26,680 bases of DNA from NCBI GenBank assembly GCA_964016885.1, contig CAXHJY010001004.1:1-26680 (forward strand). Reading direction: 5' to 3'. The notes under the pieces are model-generated. The model worked only from the letters and a program-made list of their open reading frames with translations, did no database searches and had not been told where the DNA came from. Below are positions 13,832 to 26,680 of this stretch, one piece after another. Within the stretch, counting starts at the first letter, position 1, and each line of letters begins with the position of its first letter. Source of the DNA: Eledone cirrhosa (lineage: Eukaryota). Both the position numbers and the translations under genes were made by a program.

Positions 13832-13981
13832 GACCAAAAGAAAATAAATATAAGTATATATATATATACACATACACCTGTGTGTATATATATGTGTGTG
13901 TATATATATATATATATACACACACACATACCCAAATACATATATATATTTATATATATTACAAATTAGATAAACGAATGC

Positions 13982-14036
<55 letters not shown>

Positions 14037-14218
14037 CATATATACACAAATACATATTCATAAACATATATATTTATAAATATGTATATACTTACAGAAA
14101 CATACACGTTTAAACTTATATACACACAGGCATATATATAAATATAGATACATAGAGGACAAAAAGTACATAGACGTATAAACAGGAAAACGTATATAAT
14201 TATGAACTGAAGTGTGTG

Positions 14219-14295
<77 letters not shown>

Positions 14296-14478
14296 TCACA
14301 CACTTCAGTTCATAATTATATACGTTTTCCTGTTTATACGTCTATGTACTTTTTGTCCTCTATGTATCTATATTTATATATATGCCGGTGTGTATATAAG
14401 TTTAAACGTGTATGTTTCTGTAAGTATATACATATTTATAAATATATATGTTTATGAATATGTATTTGTGTATATATG

Positions 14479-14519
<41 letters not shown>

Positions 14520-14580
14520 GCATTCGTTTATCTAATTTGTAATATATATAAATATATATATGTATTTGGGTATGTGTGTG

Positions 14581-14640
<60 letters not shown>

Positions 14641-14705
14641 TATATATACACACAGGTGTATGTGTATATATATATATACTTATATTTATTTTCTTTTGGT
14701 CGTTT
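13828..14705. repeat. Near-perfect ~880-bp palindrome centred on a (TA)n run near 14255
   Basis: AAACGACCAAAAGAAAATAAAT... mirrored by ...ATTTATTTTCTTTTGGTCGTTT; the arms differ mainly in microsatellite length. Confidence 0.92.
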
Positions 14706-14838
14706 TGGAAGCCTCAACAATGCAGATGGGTAAGTCTCCGGGTAACAGGATCCGGTGGTGAAGAGAGAGATGTAAGAGGAAATGTAGAATGAGATGTATA
14801 GTGTGTAGAGGAGCGTAGGAAAGAGCATAAAAAATAAA

Positions 14839-14935
14839 AATAGTTTCTACTTTTGGCACCATGCCAGCAAACTAACCAGTACATTACTGGTACTTTATTT
14901 ATCGACCACGACGGGATTTGAACTCAGACAGTAAC
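14839..14935 (-). mobile_element. Internally deleted copy of the Nin/Deu-like SINE
   Basis: CTGGTACTTTATTTTATCGACC and GATTTGAACTCAGA are reverse complements of parts of 11495-11716. Confidence 0.7.
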
Positions 14936-15582
14936 TACGCTAGAAAGCATAACACGAGATAGTTACCTTGGAGAGATTTAATTGTCCCTATTTATTCGCA
15001 TCCATCAACTGGGCGGGGGTGAGGGAGTTATCTGTCTGAGGGGAACGGTACGTGACCTCTGCTGTTCGCTGTTTGTGACAATATACATATATATATACGA
15101 TTCTTTGTATACAGTGAATGTACCACTGTAAATACGCCATATGTACAGCGGTGTATATACGTGTAAAATTACAGATATATATATGTATTTAAATGTATAT
15201 ACATTTATATAAATATATAAATATAATTCGTATATATGTACGCTTGCATGTGTGTATGTATGCATTATTGTATGCGTATGAGAATATATGTATGCTTGGT
15301 TGTATGCGCATGCATGTATATATCTGGATATGTATATTCTATATATATATATGCGCGATTGTGTGTGTGTGTGCATGTACGTGTGCGAAAATTGTGTGTA
15401 TATGTGCTTTGTATGCCTGTATGTTTTTATGTATATCTCTGTTTTAATACCTGTGTATTTTTATGTACTTTATGTATATACAGTGTGTAAATATACTATA
15501 TATGTGTATATATTATGTGTGTGTATATGTATATATATTGTGTGTGTGTGTGTATATACCTATGTATACGTGTGTATGTATG

Positions 15583-15616
<34 letters not shown>

Positions 15617-15619
<3 letters not shown>

Positions 15620-15833
15620 TAAACGTGTATATATATATATATATATACACTGTGTATATTTATATATACACTGTGTGTGTATATATATATATATACACTG
15701 TGTGTGTATATATATATATATACACATTGTATATATATATGTATACACACATATAGTGTATATATATATATATATATATACATACACACACGTTTAGTGT
15801 ATGTATATATATATACATACATACATACATGTA

Positions 15834-15873
<40 letters not shown>

Positions 15874-15903
15874 TGTGTATATATATACACAGTGTATACA
15901 CAC

Positions 15904-15938
<35 letters not shown>

Positions 15939-16340
15939 TGTGTATATATATATATATACACTGTGTGTGTATATATATATATATACACTGTGTGTATATA
16001 TATATATATATACACTGTTTGTATATATATATATACACTGTGTGTATATATATATACACTGTGTATATATATATACACTGTGTATATATATATATATACA
16101 CTGTGTGTGTATATATATATATATACACTGTGTGTATATATATATATATATACACTGTTTGTATATATATATACACTGTGTGTATATATATATACACTGT
16201 GTATATATATATACAGTGTATATATATATACACTGTGTGTATATATATATACACTGTGTATGTATATATACAGTGTATATATATATACACTGTGTACATA
16301 TATATATACAGTGTATATATATATATACACTGTGTATATA
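15617..16340. repeat. Minisatellite of CACTGTG(TA)n units
   Basis: Repeated ~16-24-bp units, with occasional inverted CAGTG units. Confidence 0.9.
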
Positions 16341-20982
<4,642 letters not shown>

Positions 20983-23717
20983 CAATAAGACAATAGAGGT
21001 AGTTCGAGTTAGTAATCGAATAATTAAGCTTAGATTAGTTGTAGGTAGGAGACTACTGACAATCATCTCGGTCTATGCTCCCCAAGCAGGCCTAGGCAAA
21101 GATGAGAAAGACTGCTTTTATGAGCAACTTTTGCAAACAACCACAATGACAGAGGACGGAGACATCGTTATGCTAGCAGGAGACTTCAATGGTCATGTTG
21201 GACAGCTCCAGGATGGTTACACTGGGGTACATGGTGGGCATGGTTACGGTTCAAGAAATGAAGAAGGAGTGAGACTTCTTGAATTTTGTGATGCAAGTAC
21301 ATTGACTATTTGCAACACAAACTTCCAGAAACCTGCCAATCACCTAATAAACCTACAAATCTGGTGAGTACATAAGCCAGATTGACTTCCTGCTAGTTAG
21401 GCAGCGGGACAGGCAGATAGTGTCTAATACCAAGGCATACCCTGGGGAAGAATGTACCCCACAGCATAGGTTAGTTGTTAGTGATATCTCAGTAAGCAAG
21501 AGATGGAATGAGCCATATAGGAAGGTGTGGAGAAGAAAGGTCTGGAAGCTAAAAGACCTTTCACTAAAATTCAAATTTAGGAAAGCCCTTCAAGATGTAT
21601 ATGACGAAAAAGAAGACGATTTAGAGACTTATGACATAGATAATAACTGGAAGTTCTTACGTGACAACTTGCTGAAGGCTACTGATGAAACCTGTGGCTG
21701 GAGCAGAGCTCCAACCAGACAGAGAGTGACCTGGTGGTGGAACAGCAGTGTAGATAAGGCTATTAGAGACAAAAGACTAGCATGGAAGGCTTGGAATAAG
21801 GGTGGGAGTAGGGAAGAATATACAGCCACTAAGAGAGAAGCTAGACGTCAGGTGTACTTAGCACGCAGGAAGGCAGAGAGTAGGAGGTTTGCCAATGTTC
21901 TGCGACGGGAAGATCAGAGGCGTGCGGTGTTCCACATTGCAAGGCAGTGTGTCAATGCAAATCAGGATGTTGTTGGTGATAAATGTGTCCGGGATGATGC
22001 CGGTGTACTTAGTGTCACGAATGACCAGAAAAAGGAGGCCTGGAAATGTCATTATGAGAGACTGATGAATGTGGAGAACGAATGGGAGAGAGAGAAATTA
22101 CCCTTGGTAGATCCGACAGAGGGACCAGCTATTGAGATTGACGAATATAGGGTCCAAGAGGCGATTAGGGAAATGAAAAATGGTAAGGCGGCCGGACCAT
22201 CGGGAATAGTTGCTGAGATGCTGGGACGTAGGCACTAAACTGGTTGCACGCATAATCAATCAGGCTATATATGGTGGTGTCATACCCAAAGACTGGTGCA
22301 GCAGTATTCTCATAAATTGCTACAAAGGTAAAGGGGATGCTTTGGAGAGGAGCAATTATAGGGGTATAAAACTGATAGATCAGGTTATGAAAGTGGCAGA
22401 AAGGATTTTAGCACAACTAATTAGAGAAAGGGTCAAACTAGATGAGATGCAGTTTGGTTTTGTGCCTGGGAAGAGTACAACAGATGCCCTCTTCTTGGTG
22501 AGACAAATGCAAGAGAGGTTCTTAGAGAAGAATAAGCCACTATACTTGGCCTTTGTTGACCTAGAGAAGGCCTTTGATAGGGTACCCCGATCTGTCATCT
22601 GGTGGTCCCTAAGGAAGCTGGGTGTTGAGGAATGGCTTGTAAGGACAGTGCAAACTTTGTACAGAGGTACTCTCAGTAAAGTCAGGGTAGGAATGGAGTT
22701 TAGTGAGGAATTCCAGATACAAGTAGGAGTACATCAGGGTTCGGTCCTCAGCCCGCTCTTGTTCATTATAGTCCTCCAAGCCATAACAGAGGAGTTTAAG
22801 ACTGGCTGTCCATGGGAACTTCTCTATGCTGACGATCTGGCTCTTATGGCAGAATCAGTAGAGGAGCTAGAGAATAAATTCCGGCTATGGAAACAGCAGT
22901 TGGAAGCAAGAGGACTGAGAGTAAATCTAGCTAAGACAAAAGTGTTGATGAGTAGAAAAGAGGACAAAACCCTGATTCCGTCAGGGAAATGGCCATGTTC
23001 GATATGCAGAAAAGGAACTGGCATAAATTCTATAAAATGCACACAATGTAGGTCCTGGGTACACAAGAGATGTAGCGGGATAGCAGGCAAACTAACAGGT
23101 AGGGAGAAATATGTATGCAGTAGATGTACAGGGAAATTAGACAGTAGAAGTCGCACTGATAGACACATTTTTCAAATGCAAGAGGGCGCTATAGAAGTGG
23201 TGGATAGCTTCCGGTACCTAGGAGATCAGATTAGCATGGGAGGAGGGTGTTCCGAGGCCATAGTATCTAGAATAAGGACGGGTTGGAAGAAGTTTAGGGA
23301 GCTGCTTCCTCTGTTGACGAAGAAGGGTTTCTCCCTGCGTACGAAAGGCCGGTTGTACGATGCCTGTGTAAGGAGTGCGATGCTGCATGGTAGTGAGACA
23401 TGGGCAGCTACCGCAGAAGATATGCGACGGCTGGAGAGAAATGAGGCAAGCATGCTCCGTTGGATGTGCAGTGTAAATGTGCGTGAACGACCCAGCATAA
23501 ATGTGTTGAGAGAGAAACTATGTCTGAGAGGGATAGAATGTAGTGTACGGGAGAGGAGACTGAGGTGGTATGGACATGTGATGCGCATGGAGGATGACCG
23601 ATGGGTGAAGAAGTGCCAGGAAATGCCAGTTGAAGGAAGACGTAGTAGAGGTAGACCACGAAAAACATGGGCGGAAGGTGGTGAGAACAGACCTCAGATC
23701 ATTGAAGCTCACGGTGG
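20983..23717 (+). mobile_element. RTE-clade LINE, 5'- and 3'-truncated, APE endonuclease plus reverse transcriptase, frameshifted
   Basis: APE motifs ISVYAPQ, LAGDFNGHVG, SQIDFLLV, QHRLV; RT motifs NYRGIKLI, QFGFVPGKST, FVDLEKAFDRV, GVHQGSVLSPLLF, LYADD, FRYLG; frameshifts near 21048, 21350, 22220 and 23676. Confidence 0.96.
22996..23127 (+). other. PHD-like C4HC3 zinc finger inserted in the RT domain
   Basis: C-x2-C-x10-C-x2-C-x4-H-x2-C-x14-C-x2-C between VNLAKTKVL and VVDSFRYLG. Confidence 0.8.
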
Positions 23718-23718
23718 A

Positions 23719-24868
23719 GCCAGTCTTGAACTCCTCTGTTATAGCCTGAAGGGCAATAATAAATAGTAGGGGGCTAAGAACAGAGCCCTGATGGACACCA
23801 ACTTTTACGCTAAACTTTTCACTATATTCGTTGTTAATTCTAACCTTACTGACTGTTTCTTTATACATGGCTTGTATAGCTCTCACAAGCCATTCGTCAA
23901 CACCTAGTTTTCTAAGAGACCACCAGATAATGGAACGGGGGACTCTGTCGAAAGGCTTTCTCCAAGTCGACGAAAGCTAAGTATAGGGGTTTACTTTTAG
24001 CTAGGTACTTCTCCTGTAGTTGTCGTACAATGAAAAGAGCGTCTGTGGTACTTTTGCCTGACACAAACCCGAACTGCATTTCATCTAGATCAATTCTCTC
24101 TCTGATTACTTGCGCTATTACTTTTTCCGTGACCTTCATGACCTTGTCGATTAATTTAATGCCTCTATAGTTACTCCTATCTAGGGCATCTCCTTTTCCC
24201 TTACAGCAGTTAACGATGATGCTGCTACGCCATTCCTTCGGAACAACCCCATTCTGTACGACTTGGTTAACTATCCGGGTGACCATGGTGTGTCCCACCG
24301 AACCAGATGCCTTCAGCATCTCAGCAACTATTTCCGAAGGCCCAGCCGCCTTACCCGTCTTCATATCTTTGATTGCCTTACTTATTATACTACCTTCAAC
24401 TAACACTGCTGGTCCCTCTATTGGATCGATCTGGGGGAGACTGTCTTTCTCCCATTTGTTCTCCTCATTTAGAAGCCTTTCGTAGTGACACTTCCAAGCT
24501 ACCTTCTTATCAGCGTCGGTGATGGCAAGTATGCCATCATCGTTAAGTACACACTTCTCCCCGACAATATCACGGTTTTCCTTGACACATTGCCTGGCAA
24601 TCCTGAACACCTCACGTTTTTGGTCCTCACGTTGTAGAACATGCTTGAACTTTCTTTCCTCTGCTTCCCTTCTTGCGAAGTACACTTGTCTCCTAGCTTC
24701 CCTCCTGGCCACTTGATAGTCTTCTCTACTTCCCCCATCCCGCCATACTTTCCAAGCCTGCTTTTTGGCCTTAATTGACTCCTCCACCTTACTGTTCCAC
24801 CACCATGTTACTCTCCTACTACCTACAGGCCTGCTCCAGCCACAGACTTCGTCTGCCGCCGTCAGCAG
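23719..24868 (-). mobile_element. Second RTE-clade LINE fragment (different subfamily): linker plus N-terminal half of RT
   Basis: ORFs 23912-24895 and 23518-23886 are homologous but not identical to 21670-22807; ends at EEFKTG just before YADD; frameshift near 23950. Confidence 0.95.
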
Positions 24869-25136
24869 ATATATATATAATATATTATATATCATATATA
24901 TATATCATATATATATATATATCATATATATATAATCATATATATATATATCATATATATATATCATATATATATATATATCATATATATATATATATAC
25001 ATATATATCATATATATATATCATATATATATATATACATATATATCATATATATATATATATCATATAAATATATCATATATATATATACATATATATC
25101 ATATATATATATATATATCATATATATATATATATC

Positions 25137-25168
<32 letters not shown>

Positions 25169-25432
25169 ATATATATATATATATCATATATATATATATA
25201 TATATATATCATATATATATATATATATATCATATATATATATATATATCATAATATATATATATACTATATCATATATATATATATATCATATATCATA
25301 TATATATATATATCATATATATATATATATCATATATATATATATATCATATATATATATATATATATCATATATATATATATATATCATATATATATAT
25401 ATATATATATCATATATATATATATCATATAT

Positions 25433-25500
<68 letters not shown>

Positions 25501-26605
25501 CATATATTATATATATTATTATATATATATATATATCATATATATATATATATATCATATATATATATATAGGTATCATATATATATGTATATGTATCAT
25601 AAATATATATATATCATATATATATATATATCATATATATATATATATATCATATATATATATGTTATCATATATATATAATATGTATCATATATATATA
25701 TATATATCATATATATATATATTATCATATATATATATGTATCATATATATATATGTATCATATATATATTATATATCATATATATATATGTATCATATA
25801 TATATATATATCATATATATATATGTATCATATATATATATATATATATCATATATATATATATATCATATATATATATCATATATATATATATATATCA
25901 TATATATATATATATGTATCATATATATATATCATATATACGTTGATGATTTCTAATGAATGAAACAGTTCTAGTCTGTAGAATCTCATCTATATTAAAA
26001 ATATATATCATATATATATATATGTATCATATATATATATATATATATCATATATATATATATGTATCATATATATATATATGTATCATATATATATATC
26101 ATATATATATATATATCATATATATATATATATCATATATATATATGTATCATATATATATATCATATATATATATATATTATCATATATATATATTATA
26201 TGTATCATATATATATATATCATATATATATATATGTATCATATATAATATATCATATATATATCATATATATATATATATATCATATATATATATATGT
26301 ATCATATATATATATATGTAATCATAATATGATAAATATAGTCATATATATATATGAGTATCTATATATATATATATGTATCATATATATATACGTATAC
26401 ATATATATATACATGTATCCTATATATATATGTAATCATAAATATATATATGAATCGATATATAGATATATTGTATTATATATAATATATAATATTATCA
26501 TATATATATATCTATTTATATGTATCATATATATATATATTATATCATATATATATATCATATATTAATATATATTATATATCATATATATTATATAATA
26601 TATAT
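24869..26605. repeat. Interrupted (TA)n array (ATATC/GTATC units) with a ~60-bp unique island at 25941-26000
   Basis: Direct inspection. Confidence 0.96.
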
Positions 26606-26680
26606 CATGAAAGTGGCGACAACGTGCAGACGACTCGCTGGCTGGATCTTGAGGACTTTCCAGACAAGAGATCAAGACAC
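26606..26680 (+). mobile_element. Start of a 5'-truncated CR1-like LINE fragment (post-RT region), cut by the window edge
   Basis: Translates to MKVATTCRRLAGWILRTFQTRDQD, resembling the G-x-I-x-R-x-F motif after CR1-group RT; only 75 bp visible. Confidence 0.55.

Noticed and set aside
21353-24738. Short antisense ORFs over the LINEs
   Set aside because: Shadow ORFs of RTE coding sequence

Overview
AT-rich eukaryotic repeat landscape, most likely a cephalopod (octopus-like) genome; this is inferred from the SINE/RTE families and the huge (TA)n arrays. Roughly 60% of the window is interrupted (TA)n microsatellite, and all YIYIYI-type ORFs are artefacts of it. No host protein-coding gene is supported. 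The islands between the arrays contain RTE-clade LINE pieces, including a 2.7-kb APE+RT copy with a PHD-like finger inside the RT that is fused tail-to-tail to a second subfamily, and a 3' fragment with a 110-bp target-site duplication. They also contain several tRNA-derived SINEs, a hAT MITE, two long palindromes and the start of a CR1-like LINE fragment. The main discovery is a set of hammerhead-ribozyme (HHR) motifs in (TA)n-bounded islands. The best is a 628-bp non-coding element (1631-2258) with exact 159-bp direct repeats, each carrying a minimal type I HHR core. These define a highly structured 469-nt monomer, and the insertion ends one base after the cleavage site, making it a retrozyme/circular-RNA-like element. 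A second HHR (8141-8251) has a large branched stem II. A 560-bp hairpin (3186-3747) shows strand-biased A-to-G-type differences between its arms.
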